Shown here piece after piece: positions 1 to 9,818 of a stretch of 64,000 nt of DNA (the stretch's first letter is position 1; every line of letters begins with the position of its first letter). The stretch comes from Candidatus Multivoradales bacterium (GTDB lineage Bacteria > Acidobacteriota > Thermoanaerobaculia > Multivoradales > JAHEKO01). Below the pieces are notes generated by a model. That model was not told the origin of the DNA and ran no database searches. It saw only the letters and a program-made list of their open reading frames with translations. The translations under genes were made by a program, and so were the position numbers. The stretch spans positions 1-64,000 of the forward strand of contig CBDCVR010000015.1 in assembly GCA_965223155.1 (NCBI GenBank), given 5' to 3'.

Positions 1-2183
1 GGTCGTCGACTTCGACATCGAGGGCGACCTGGATCTCGCCGTCTTCAGCGGCTCGGCCTCCCGCGCCGAGCTCTATCGCAATTCGCTCGACGGACCGCTC
101 CAGGCGGTCGGTTCGCGCACCCTGCCGGCGGTCGCCACCGGCGGCGCCCGGACGCCCTCGCCACCGATCTCGACCGGGACGGCGACGTGGACCTCCTGGC
201 GCTGGGCGCCTCCAGCCTCGTGCGCCTCGACAATCTGCGCCAGGGCCGCTTCGCCGCGCGGTCCGCGGGCGCCTCGCTCGCGGGCTTCCAGCGCATCGCC
301 TCGGCGGACTTCGACGCCGACGGCTTCCCGGACTTGGTCGCCGTGGGCAAGGGCGTGCGCTTCCTGCGTAACGAAGGCGGGCGGCTCGCGGCCTGGAGCC
401 TGGGGCAGAGCCTCAAGACCTCGGCACGGTTCTCGGCGGTGGTGCCCTTCGACGCCGACAACGACGGCCGGCTGGACGTGGCGGTGGTGGCCAGGGCGGC
501 CTCGCGGTCTTCGCCATCCGCGGCGGCAAGCTGACCTTTGTTCCGGTCGAGGGCGGACCGGGCACGGTCACCGCGCTCGCGGCCGCCGACCTGGACGGCG
601 ACGGCGACCTGGATCTCGTGGCCGATGGCCCGGACGGCCTCTACCGCTTCGACAACGAGGGCGGCAACGCCAACCACTGGCTGTCGGTGCGTCTCAAGGG
701 CTTGGACAAAGGCAACAGCAAGAACAACCTCTTCGGCCTGGGCTCGACCCTCGAGGTACGCTCCGGCCGCGCCTACCAGTTCCGCGAGGTCACCGGCGAC
801 ACCACCCACTTCGGCCTGGGCCAGATCCGGACCCCGGACCTGGTCCGCGTCGTCTGGACCAACGGCGTGCCCCAGAACCGTTTCGACCCGACCCACCAAC
901 CAGCGCATCGTCGAGGAGCAGATCCTGAAAGGCAGCTGTCCCTTTCTCTACGCCTGGGACGGCGAGCGCTTCCGCTTCGTCACCGATTTGCTCTGGGGCG
1001 CGCCGATCGGACTGCCCGTGGCCGCCGGAGCCCTGGGCGGGAGCGGACCCCGAGGAGCTGGTGCGGGTGGACGGCCTCGAGCCCCGGGACGGCCGCTACG
1101 AGCTGCGCATCACCGAGGAGCTCTGGGAGGCGGCCTTCTTCGATTACGCCCGCCTGTGGGTCGTGGACCATCCGGCCGAGGTCGAGGTGGCGAGCTCGCT
1201 CAAGATCCTCCCCGGCCGCAGCCTGCCCGAGACGGTCTTTGCCAGCCGCGGCCTGCGACCCGTGGCGCGCGCGGTCGACGCCCGCGGCCGGGACGTAACC
1301 GAGCGGGTGGCGTGCCCGCGATGAGGTCTACGCCGACGGCTGGGAGCGGAGCCGGTATCAGGGGTTGGCTCGGGACGCCTGGAGCTTCCGGATCGACTTG
1401 GGCGAAGCTCCGGCACGGCCGATCCGCCTCCACCTCGATGGTTGGATCTTCCCGGCGGACGCCAGCCTCAACCTGGCGTTGGATCAGCGCGGCGAGGGAC
1501 CGGTGGCGCCGGGCCTGGAGATGAAGACGGCCCGCGGCTGGGAGCCGCTCCTGGCCGACATGGGCTTCCCGGCGGGCAAGACCAAGACCATGGTCGTCGA
1601 CACACCGGCGCTCCCACAGAACGTGCGGGAGCTGCGTATCGTGTCGAATCAATGGCTGTCCTGGGACCGGATCGCCTGGACGGCGGAGCCCAGCGACGCG
1701 GAAGCTCTCGTCGTCGCCAAGCTGGCTCCGGACAGCGCCGATCTCCGCAGCCGGGGCTTTTCTCGGCTCGTGCGCAAGGCGCCCAACGCTCCCCACGAAT
1801 ACGACTACCAGAGGGTTTCCGCCCGTTCCCCCTGGCTCCCGTTCCCTGGGACCTACACGAGGTTCGGCGACGTGGGCGAGCTTCTGAGCGCGTCGGACTC
1901 GCGCTCGGTAGTCCTGGCAGCCGGCGACGAGCTGGCGCTCAGCTTCGATGCCGCGACGCTACCGCCGCCGGCGCGCGGCTGGACGCGGACCCTGTTCCTG
2001 GAGAGTCATGGCTGGGACAAGGACGCCGACCGCAACACCTATCAGGCGGCCCAGGTCGAGCCACTCCCCTTCCGCGGCATGTCGGGCTATCCCTACGGCG
2101 AAGCCGAGTCCTTCCCCGACTCGCCCGAGCACGCGGACTACCTCGACCGCTACCAGACCCGGCGCGTTCCGGCCGAGCGCTAG
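1..2183 (+). CDS. FG-GAP repeat / ASPIC-UnbV (CRTAC1-like) protein, 5'-truncated, interrupted by ~5 frameshifts
   Basis: Successive frames join into one protein: VVDFDIEGDLD, DLDRDGDVDLL, DFDADGFPDL, DADNDGRLD, DLDGDGDLDL (FG-GAP Ca loops); NHWLSVRLKG..HFGLG..RVVWTNG (ASPIC-UnbV); KGSCPFLYAWDG; GWDKDAD. Frame changes near 150, 490, 893, 1032, 1313. Confidence 0.8.
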
Positions 2184-2198
2184 CCGCGCGGTCGGAGG

Positions 2199-2573
2199 TC
2201 AGCCGCGGCGGCGGAGGAGCTTCTCCAGCTCTTCGATCCGGCCGCGCAGCTCGTCCGTTTCGCGCTTGCGCTCGCGGCTCAGGTCGCGGCGGAGTCTGGC
2301 GAGCTGGCGCGACTCGTCCCGGCGCGAGGGACGGTATTCGAGAGAGCTCTCCGCGACCACGTCGCCGCCATCGACACGCTTGAAGACGATCTGGAGGCCG
2401 AGCACCATCGCCAGGCGTTCGAGAGTCGAGAGCGTCGGATTGATCGGCAGACGCTCGCGCCGCCAGCGCGTCACCTGCTCGCGACTGATGCCGGCCAGAT
2501 CGGCGCGGTGACCGACCTCGCCGTTGGGAATGCGGCGCAACTCCTCCAGAAGAAACTCTGTCAGGCGTGACAT
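2199..2573 (-). CDS. XRE/cI-like HTH regulator with C-terminal coiled coil
   Basis: ADLAGISREQVTRW..NPTLSTLERLAMVLG HTH; ATG at 2573; C-terminal heptads DELRGRIEELEKLL. Confidence 0.75.
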   Translation of the reverse strand: MSRLTEFLLEELRRIPNGEVGHRADLAGISREQVTRWRRERLPINPTLSTLERLAMVLGLQIVFKRVDGGDVVAESSLEYRPSRRDESRQLARLRRDLSRERKRETDELRGRIEELEKLLRRRG

Positions 2574-2647
2574 GGATGTCAAGAAGCCTACACCCCGTCC
2601 AGCTTCGGTTCTTGCATTTGGTATCATTGCTTCCAACATCAATTGCT
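2574..2647. promoter_or_regulatory. Divergent control region; candidate TTGCAT-N16-CAACAT promoter and imperfect palindromic operator
   Basis: 74-bp spacer, AT-richer than its flanks; TTGCAT 2612-2617, CAACAT 2634-2639; TTGGtAtCAtTGcTtCCAA at 2618-2636 (7 of 9 pairs). Confidence 0.4.
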
Positions 2648-3163
2648 ATGCATATCAATCGAGCGCTCGCCCGCTTCCTCGCTCGCCACGACCTGCGCCA
2701 GACCACGCTCGCGGAGGCCGTGGGAGTGTCCCGGGAAACCGTCAACCGATGGATTCGCCGGGGCACCCTGCCGGCGGGAGCCAATCTCGTAGCCGTCCTC
2801 GAGTTTGCCCGCGCCTTCGAGCCCTCGATCCGGACTGAGGACCTCTTCGGGAACGGCCGGCCCCGCCGCCCGCGGACCACGCGCCGGCGCCGCGTGGGAG
2901 CCACGCGCCCGCCTTGGCTCGATCTCAGGCCTGAGCTCGATCCGCTCTACGAACACGTCCTCCTGCGGGCGATCGAGCACTCCTGGGGCTCGGCGTGCCC
3001 AATCTGCCGCCTGCCCTGGCACGTGCCGTCGGAGCACTTGCCGCTCGCCCTCGTCTGGCCCGGGCTCGGCCGGAGCGTTCTCGGCGACGTGTGCGAGGCA
3101 TGCGCGGTGAAGGTCGGCATCGAGACACCGGACTTTCGCCACGGAGACGGCCCTGTCCACTGA
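2648..3163 (+). CDS. Cro-like HTH protein with C-terminal CxxC...CxxC putative Zn domain
   Basis: LRQTTLAEAVGVSRETVNRWIRRGTLP HTH; CPIC and CEAC; ATG at 2648. Confidence 0.7.
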   Translation: MHINRALARFLARHDLRQTTLAEAVGVSRETVNRWIRRGTLPAGANLVAVLEFARAFEPSIRTEDLFGNGRPRRPRTTRRRRVGATRPPWLDLRPELDPLYEHVLLRAIEHSWGSACPICRLPWHVPSEHLPLALVWPGLGRSVLGDVCEACAVKVGIETPDFRHGDGPVH

Positions 3164-3524
3164 AGAACACTCCGCTACCTGGTCGCTCGCCTGCTCCTGC
3201 CCGGACGCCGCCGGCGGCCGGCGTTCGATTCTGTTTCAGCATCGCGGCGCCCACGTCCGCCTCGACCTGTGCCCGAACTGCCACGCCAAGCTCGCTCTGG
3301 ACCATGCCAGCCGTACGGGCAAGGCGGGCGATCCCGGCCGACTGGCCGCGCCCGGCAGCCCCAAGGACCGTCTCCTGCGCCTGACCTTGGCCCTGGCCGC
3401 GACCGAAATCGAGCGCTCCGTGGGCAGGGTCCTGGCCCAGCTCAACGAGCTCCGGACACTATGCGCGCCATCGGCGCCGCCTGCGGATGGCGCCGGCGCC
3501 GACGGCGACCCGAGCTCCGGCTGA
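3153..3524 (+). CDS. Hypothetical Cys-rich protein (probable CTG start; not in ORF track)
   Basis: Open frame LSTEEHSATWSLACSCPD..RLDLCPNCHAKL..DRLLRLTLALAATEIERSVGRVLAQLNEL..; GGAG upstream; overlaps the stop of the preceding gene. Confidence 0.45.
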   Translation: MSTEEHSATWSLACSCPDAAGGRRSILFQHRGAHVRLDLCPNCHAKLALDHASRTGKAGDPGRLAAPGSPKDRLLRLTLALAATEIERSVGRVLAQLNELRTLCAPSAPPADGAGADGDPSSG

Positions 3525-3557
3525 AACCCACCCTCCGCGACCGCCGTACCGAGAACC

Positions 3558-3896
3558 ATGCTGCACTCCACCACTCCTTCGGTTGAAGGCCATCGCGTCA
3601 CCAAGTACCTGGGCGTCGTCGCGGGCGAGGCGATTCTGGGCGCCAATCTCTTCAAGGACCTCTTCGCCGGCATCCGGGACATCGTCGGCGGCCGCTCCGC
3701 CGCCTACGAGCAAGAACTGCGTCGAGCCAGGAACATCGCCCTCGAAGAGGCCAGCGCCGAGGCCGGTAAGCGAGGCGCCAATGCCGTCATCGGCATTGAC
3801 ATCGACTACGAGACCATCGGTGAGCGCGGCTCGATGCTCATGGTCTCGGTCTCGGGTACCGCAGTCGCCGTCGAGCCGGTCCAACCGGTGAGCTGA
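3558..3896 (+). CDS. YbjQ/UPF0145 heavy-metal-binding domain protein
   Basis: [59 protein letters not shown]. Confidence 0.9.
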   Translation: MLHSTTPSVEGHRVTKYLGVVAGEAILGANLFKDLFAGIRDIVGGRSAAYEQELRRARNIALEEASAEAGKRGANAVIGIDIDYETIGERGSMLMVSVSGTAVAVEPVQPVS

Positions 3897-3926
3897 GCCG
3901 GGGCCGGATCCGGTCCTCGAAACGCT

Positions 3927-5678
3927 CTAACGGAGCGTCTTCAGGAGCTTGGCGAACGGCCAGGTGTTGACGACGTGCCGGGGCTCGAGCCAGGCGCGCC
4001 GGGCCTGATCGACGCCGTAGCGGATGAGATCGAGCTGGGCCACCGAATGGGCGTCGGTGGCGATCGAGACCTTGAGGCCGCGCTCCCGGGCCCGGATCAG
4101 GTGGACGTCGCTCAGGTCCAGCCGCTGGGGATGGGCGTTGAGCTCGACCACGACGCCCAGCTCGGCCGCGCGGCCGAGCACCCGGTCGAGATCCAGCTCG
4201 ATCTCGTCCCGCTTGCCGAAGCGCCTGGCCAGAGGATGGGCCCAGATCTGGGCGCGCGGGTGCTCGAGGGCCCGGAGAAGCCGCTCGGTTTGACGCTCGG
4301 CCGGCAGGTCGAAATGGGAATGAATCGCCACCAGCACGAGATCCAGGCTTTCCAAGGTCTCGTCGTCCATGTCGAGCGAGCCGTCTTCGAGGATGTCCAC
4401 CTCGAGGCTCTTCAGGATCGCGATCTCGGGGTACTTCTCGCGCAGGCGCTCGATCTCGGCCGCCTGCTGCCGGACCCGCCGCGCGTCGAGGCCGCCCACC
4501 ATGGCCAGGAGCGGGCTGTGGTCGGTGATCGCCAGGTACTCGTAGCCGAGAGCCAGCGCGCCCTGGACCATGGCCTCGGTCGTGTCCTTGCCGTCGGACC
4601 AGGTGGTGTGAACCTGGAGGTCGCCGCGCAGGTGCCGGCGGCGCAGGCGCCCGGGCAGCGTCCCCTCCCCGGCGGCCTTGAGCTCGCCGCGGTCCTCCCG
4701 CAGCTCGGGCGGGATCTCGGGCAGGTCCAGAGCACGGTAGACCGCGCGCTCGGTCTTGCCGCCCACCCAGCGGCCCGCCCACGGATCGCCCTCGTCCGTC
4801 TCGGGGTCCAGTCCGGACGCGTTGAAGAGACCGTACTCGGACAGGCGCAACCCGCGCTCGAGGGCGCGCTGCCGGAGCTTGATGTTGTGGGACTTCGAGC
4901 CCGTGAAGTACACCAAGGCCGCGCCCCAACTCCTGGCCGGCACCACCCGCAGGTCCACCTGGAGACCCGAGGCCAGCACGACCGAGGTCTTGGTGGATCC
5001 GGAACCCAGCAAGCCCGTTACCCCCGGATAGGCGCGTAGCGCCGCCATCAGGGCCTCGGGGTCGGCGGCCACGGCCAGCAGATCGAGGTCACCGACCGTC
5101 TCACGGCGGCGGCGGTGGCTGCCGGCGACCTCGATTCGACGCACGCCGGCGACGGCGCCCAGAACCTCGAGCAGCGGCTCCGCGTCCCGATCCACCTCGA
5201 GCAGCGTGCGACGCCGCGCGGATCCCTCAAGCCGTTTCGCCGCCGCCAGGATCCGAGCTTGGCTCTTGGCCCCAAAGCCGGCCAGGGAGGCGATCCGGCC
5301 GGCCTCGGCGGCCCGGACCACGCCTTCCACGTCCACGACCCCGAGCTCTTGCCACAGGCGCTTGGCCTTCTTGGGACCGACGCCGGACAGGGCCATGACC
5401 TCGACCAGCGACTGGGGCACCTCGGCGCTGAGTTCTTCAAGGCGGCTCAGCCGCCCGCTCTCGACTAGCTCGCGAATGTGCGCCGCCATCTCCTTGCCGA
5501 TGAACTCGATCTCGGTCAGGTCGGCGTCCCGCTCCACCAGCTTGGCGGCCGGCTCGATCAGATTCTCGACCGCATGGGCGGCGTTTTCATAGGCACGCAC
5601 CCGGAAGGGGTTGGCTCCTTGAATCTGAAGCAGTTTGCCGAGCTTGCGGAAGACGACCGCGATGGACCGGTTGTCCAC
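3927..5678 (-). CDS. polX: DNA polymerase/3'-5' exonuclease PolX (PolX + PHP)
   Basis: NPFRVRAY, GVGPKKA HhH, AGSHRR, GDLD, VDLR, YFTGSKSHN; PHP motifs HTTWSDG, ITDHS, ATDAH. Confidence 0.95.
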   Translation of the reverse strand: MDNRSIAVVFRKLGKLLQIQGANPFRVRAYENAAHAVENLIEPAAKLVERDADLTEIEFIGKEMAAHIRELVESGRLSRLEELSAEVPQSLVEVMALSGVGPKKAKRLWQELGVVDVEGVVRAAEAGRIASLAGFGAKSQARILAAAKRLEGSARRRTLLEVDRDAEPLLEVLGAVAGVRRIEVAGSHRRRRETVGDLDLLAVAADPEALMAALRAYPGVTGLLGSGSTKTSVVLASGLQVDLRVVPARSWGAALVYFTGSKSHNIKLRQRALERGLRLSEYGLFNASGLDPETDEGDPWAGRWVGGKTERAVYRALDLPEIPPELREDRGELKAAGEGTLPGRLRRRHLRGDLQVHTTWSDGKDTTEAMVQGALALGYEYLAITDHSPLLAMVGGLDARRVRQQAAEIERLREKYPEIAILKSLEVDILEDGSLDMDDETLESLDLVLVAIHSHFDLPAERQTERLLRALEHPRAQIWAHPLARRFGKRDEIELDLDRVLGRAAELGVVVELNAHPQRLDLSDVHLIRARERGLKVSIATDAHSVAQLDLIRYGVDQARRAWLEPRHVVNTWPFAKLLKTLR

Positions 5679-5684
5679 GGCCCG

Positions 5685-6590
5685 CTAGCCTTCCGGCTGA
5701 CGCCAGGACTCCACAGCCGAGCGCAACTCGGCGCTTTCGGCCAGAACGCGGCTCAGGGCCCGGCGAACCGCGGCGGCGGGCGCCGGACTCGGCGCAGCGG
5801 ACAGGTCGCCCCCTCCCGGACCCGGCATCGAAGAGCCAGCCCGCGTCGGCGCCGGACTCGACCCGGCCCCCGTCTTCGGCTCCAAGCCTCCGGGATGGGC
5901 GATCGCGTGACGCAGACGCTCGCGCAAGGCGGCGACGTCCTCGAGTCCCCGGAAGTGCCCGACGTGAGCCGAGGCGGCGCTCTTGCCGAGCTCATCCGCG
6001 TCCAGACCAGCGCCTCCGCCGGCTGTGCGCACCTCGAGATCGGCGATCCCGAAAGCACGCTGGAGCGGCCCCTGCTGCACCTTCATGTGCTGGACCTTGG
6101 ACAGGGTCAGCGTTTGCTCGCGCAGGGTCAGGACACCCTCACGAATGCGAACCGCGCGCTCGCTCACCAGGTACCAGCGCGTCAACCAGCCCAGACGCAG
6201 CAGGAGTCCCGAAACCACGAGCTGTAGAGGAAAGACCACGAACGTCACGATCTCGCCCACCCGGATCGCGGTGCCGGCGGCATCCAGGCTGTCGATTTCC
6301 ACGCCGAACCGAGCCAGGAACCCTTCCAGGAGCCGGCCGAAGACCTGGTCCAGCACACGAACGGGCAGAAAGTCCGCCAACTGGTCCACGCTGCCAAAGG
6401 CACCCAGAACGATGAGGGAGACGAGAATGCCGACGAGGGCTCCCAACTGACGGCCGGCCCAGCCCAATAGCTGGTACCACCAGTACTTCGAGGAGGCCCG
6501 GAACATGGTTGCCGGCTCCGTGCCGATCACCGGCCTCGGGCGCTCTGGGACTCTGAAGAGAGCCAGCAAGCGAGCCGCGACCGCGGTCAT
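5685..6590 (-). CDS. Membrane protein with bacterial PH (bPH_2, YdbS-like) domain
   Basis: TM helices then YLVSERAVRIREGV..KVQHMKVQQGPLQRAFGIADLEVRTAG. Confidence 0.8.
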   Translation of the reverse strand: MTAVAARLLALFRVPERPRPVIGTEPATMFRASSKYWWYQLLGWAGRQLGALVGILVSLIVLGAFGSVDQLADFLPVRVLDQVFGRLLEGFLARFGVEIDSLDAAGTAIRVGEIVTFVVFPLQLVVSGLLLRLGWLTRWYLVSERAVRIREGVLTLREQTLTLSKVQHMKVQQGPLQRAFGIADLEVRTAGGGAGLDADELGKSAASAHVGHFRGLEDVAALRERLRHAIAHPGGLEPKTGAGSSPAPTRAGSSMPGPGGGDLSAAPSPAPAAAVRRALSRVLAESAELRSAVESWRQPEG

Positions 6591-7246
6591 GAGCCTCCGT
6601 CACGACGGCTGCCGGCCAGCTCGGCACGCAGCGCCGCGAGCTCGTCCGCCACGCGCTCCAGGCCGTCCGCCAGCTCCAGAACCAGGGCTTCCGAAACCGT
6701 GGCGTCGGCGGAGGCGGTCGCTTCGGCCGACTCCTCCGCTGCCGCCGCGAGATCGACTTCGACCGCGCCGGCCGGTCGCTCCCGATCCCCGCCGGTCGGC
6801 ACCTTTCGGGCCAGCCGGCCGTGCATGCGCCGCCCGTGCATCCGCTGGTACAGGAAATCCCGCACCGCCTCGTACTCGCGGACGCCTTCGATGATCATCT
6901 CCGGCCGCGCCGAGCCGCTGGCCGTCTGCAAGAGAACCCGGGCCAGCCCCAGGTACCGCTCCAGGACATTCGAGGCCATATGGATGTCCTGGAGCCGGGT
7001 GAAGTCGAGCCGGATCTCCCGATGAAAGAGCGCTCCCCAGCGCATGGTGACGCCCTCCTCGTCGAAGGCGTACTGGAGCGTCCGGTACTTGAGGTACCGG
7101 GGCACCAGCAAGACTGGAAAGAGCGGACCCAGGACGAGGCTACTGAGCGCGTAGTAGCGCAGCAGACGAGAGTCCGGGCGCCGGATCGCCAATACGGCCT
7201 CCCGTGCCCTACGGCCCGCGTCCGCCCCTGGACCGTCGCTTACCAT
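6587..7246 (-). CDS. Membrane protein with bPH_2 domain
   Basis: YAFDEEGVTMRWGALFHREIRLDFTRLQDI..ERYLGLARVLLQTASG; ATG at 7246. Confidence 0.8.
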   Translation of the reverse strand: MVSDGPGADAGRRAREAVLAIRRPDSRLLRYYALSSLVLGPLFPVLLVPRYLKYRTLQYAFDEEGVTMRWGALFHREIRLDFTRLQDIHMASNVLERYLGLARVLLQTASGSARPEMIIEGVREYEAVRDFLYQRMHGRRMHGRLARKVPTGGDRERPAGAVEVDLAAAAEESAEATASADATVSEALVLELADGLERVADELAALRAELAGSRRDGGS

Positions 7247-7319
7247 GCACCGCAGTTTGCCACAGTGCCGCCCCCGTTCTCCGGGTCTCTCAGCCGCTGT
7301 CAGCCGCGATTCCAGCCAC

Positions 7320-9077
7320 CTAGGAATCCAGGTCCCGGGCCGAGTGCTCGATCGCGCCGCGCACGCGCCGGCCAAGCTCCGCCGCCGAAAACGGCTTCGC
7401 CAGCAAATCGATCGCACCCGCTTCGAGACCGTGGCGCAACACGACATCTTCGGTATGCCCGGAGAGAAACAAGACAGGCAAGTCAGAGCGTACGGCGGTG
7501 AGACGTTCCGCCAGCTCGCGGCCGCTACGGCCCGGCATGACCACATCGGTAATGACGAGGTCGAACGCCTCCGATCGGGCCTGGAAGTACTCTTCGGCCG
7601 TTACCGCATCGGCAGCTTCGACCACCTCATATCCCCAGCCTTCGAGCAAGTCTCGGGTCGAGGCTCGCACCTCGTCGTTGTCCTCAACCAGAAGGATCCG
7701 TTCTTCGCCGGACGACACGATACGGTCCGCCCTTGGGGGTCGCGCCGCCACAACTCCTCGGCCTCGAGGAAGTTGTACACGGAAACACGCCCCCGAGTGC
7801 CCCTGCTCTACGAGGACGCGGCCGCCGTTCTGTTCGACGATGCCCAGAACCGTGGCCAGTCCGAGCCCGCTATGGGACGAACCCTTGGTCGAGAAGAATG
7901 GATCGAAGATCCGCTCCCGAGCATCTTCCGGAACACCTCCGCCGGTATCCTCCACGGCTAACTCCACGGCATCTGAGCTATCCCGGTGACCGACTTGCTG
8001 GTGGCGGAGGTTCCTTGTCGCAACCGTCAGACGTCCTCCGGAGACCATCGCCTCACGGGCGTTGACGGCCAGATTCATCAAGACTTGCTCGAGCTGAGCG
8101 GCGTCGATCAAGACCGGCCACACGTTCGGACGGATTTCCAGCTCGAGAGCGACGTCCTCACCCAGCAGCCGCCGCAGGATCGATTCGAGACCCCGAACCA
8201 CCTCGTTCACGTCGACAAGCTCCGGGCGCGCGGGCTGACGGCGACTGAACGCCAGCAACCGCTCGATCAGGGCGCTTGCCCGCTCCACGGTGCCCAGAAT
8301 CGCATCCATGCGTCGGGTCGTGCCCGAATCGGTCGGAGAGCGCATTTTCACGACCTCGGCCTGCGCCGAGATCGCGGCGAGATAGTTATTGACGTCATGC
8401 GCGAGTCCGCCGGCCAGTCGGCCCACGGACTCCATCTTTTGATGATGCAGCAGCTCGGACGAAGCGGGATCGAGGCGGCTCGTACGGACCCGCCGACCCC
8501 GATCGCCGAGAATCAGCCACGCGGCGCCCAGAACCGCCAGCGTCCAGGCCGCGAGGGCCGACCCAACGCGCCACGGCCCCACCCGCTCCCGACCAACCTG
8601 GCGTGCCGCCAGGAACGCGTCCAAGGATCGCAGCCGACGATTCAACGCGGCGAAGACTCGATCGTATTCACGATCCAGAGCAGATCCCGGGCCCACGTCA
8701 CGACCCATCTCTGCGGTCTCACGACGCAGATCCGTCAGAGTCCGAAAACGGCGCAGATCATCCGCAGCCTGATCGGACAGGACAGCTAGCTCGCCTACCT
8801 TGGCGTTGCGCGCCGAGATCGCCCGAATCAGCCTCTCCGACCGCGCCAGCCCCCTCTCCACCTCCCTTAGGTCTACCGAGTCGCCGGCGAGGTGCTCCTC
8901 GATCCAGAGGTGGGCGGTGGCGACCTCGAAGCGGATCTCGGAGACCTCACGCGCCGAAGCAAGATCCGAATCGGCGTTGCGTCGGGATCGTTCGTGCGCC
9001 AGCGCCAGGAGCACGGCCGCCAGACCAGCAGCACCGACCAGCACCCCAAGCAAGGCCCTCGACGCCACCCGGTTCAC
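7320..9077 (-). CDS. Hybrid sensor histidine kinase/response regulator (2 TM, HisKA, HATPase, REC)
   Basis: QKMESVGRLAGGLAHDVNN H-box; NLAVNAREAM, DTGGG, FDPFFSTK, GLGL; REC LLVEDN..DVVMPG..KPF. Confidence 0.95.
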   Translation of the reverse strand: MNRVASRALLGVLVGAAGLAAVLLALAHERSRRNADSDLASAREVSEIRFEVATAHLWIEEHLAGDSVDLREVERGLARSERLIRAISARNAKVGELAVLSDQAADDLRRFRTLTDLRRETAEMGRDVGPGSALDREYDRVFAALNRRLRSLDAFLAARQVGRERVGPWRVGSALAAWTLAVLGAAWLILGDRGRRVRTSRLDPASSELLHHQKMESVGRLAGGLAHDVNNYLAAISAQAEVVKMRSPTDSGTTRRMDAILGTVERASALIERLLAFSRRQPARPELVDVNEVVRGLESILRRLLGEDVALELEIRPNVWPVLIDAAQLEQVLMNLAVNAREAMVSGGRLTVATRNLRHQQVGHRDSSDAVELAVEDTGGGVPEDARERIFDPFFSTKGSSHSGLGLATVLGIVEQNGGRVLVEQGHSGACFRVQLPRGRGVVAARPPRADRIVSSGEERILLVEDNDEVRASTRDLLEGWGYEVVEAADAVTAEEYFQARSEAFDLVITDVVMPGRSGRELAERLTAVRSDLPVLFLSGHTEDVVLRHGLEAGAIDLLAKPFSAAELGRRVRGAIEHSARDLDS

Positions 9078-9751
9078 GAGCGCTCGCTTTGCAGCCGGTA
9101 GCCGATTCCTTTGACCGTTTGCAGGAGCCGACCTCGACCGCCGAAGTCGATCTTCTTGCGCAGCTTGTAGACGGTGACGTCGACCAGGTTGCTGAACGAG
9201 TCGAAGGAGTCGTCCCAGACGTGCTCGATCAGCTCGGTCCTGGTCACGACTTCACCAACCCTGGTCAGCAGGTACTCCAGGAGAGCGAACTCCTTGGGAG
9301 AAAGCCCGACTTCTCGGCCGGCCACTACGACTTTCCGGCCCGCTCGATCCATGGCCAGGTCTCCGGCGGTGAGATGGGGCACCAAGGCGCGTTGACGCCG
9401 GCGGAGGAGGCTGCGCACTCTCGCTAGCAGCTCGGCCAGCGAAAACGGCTTGGTCAGATAGTCGTCAGCGCCGGCGTCGAGACCACTGACCCGATCGTCC
9501 ACGGCGACGCGGCCGGTCAGCATCAGAACCGGCGTCTCGATGCCGTTCTCACGCCACTCGGTCAGCAGATCGAGACCTGAGCAACCCGGCAGCGTCCAAT
9601 CCAGAAGAATCGCGTCGTAGGCGTTGACGGCAGCGAGCTCGGAAGCCGCTTCGCCATCTGCGGCCCAATCGACGGCATAGCTCTCGGAGCGAAGGAGATC
9701 CACGACGGCATCGGCCAGCTCGACTTCGTCCTCCACGATCAGGAGTCTCAC
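9074..9751 (-). CDS. OmpR/PhoB-family response regulator
   Basis: LLIVEDE, LLDWTLPG, GADDYLTKPF, LSPKEFALLEYL, TVKGIGY; 4-bp overlap with the kinase start. Confidence 0.95.
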   Translation of the reverse strand: MRLLIVEDEVELADAVVDLLRSESYAVDWAADGEAASELAAVNAYDAILLDWTLPGCSGLDLLTEWRENGIETPVLMLTGRVAVDDRVSGLDAGADDYLTKPFSLAELLARVRSLLRRRQRALVPHLTAGDLAMDRAGRKVVVAGREVGLSPKEFALLEYLLTRVGEVVTRTELIEHVWDDSFDSFSNLVDVTVYKLRKKIDFGGRGRLLQTVKGIGYRLQSERS

Positions 9752-9818
9752 GATAACTCCGTCACGTCACGGCACTCCATGGAAAAATGGTACCCGAAAC
9801 ATCCCGGCGGAATCCCGA

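Noticed and set aside
2199-3896. Prophage or ICE
   Set aside because: No integrase, replication or structural genes and no att-like repeats seen; only the regulatory cassette is reported.
3927-5678. Catalytically dead PolX variant
   Set aside because: GDLD and VDLR aspartates are intact; the DLQVH PHP variant alone does not indicate inactivity.
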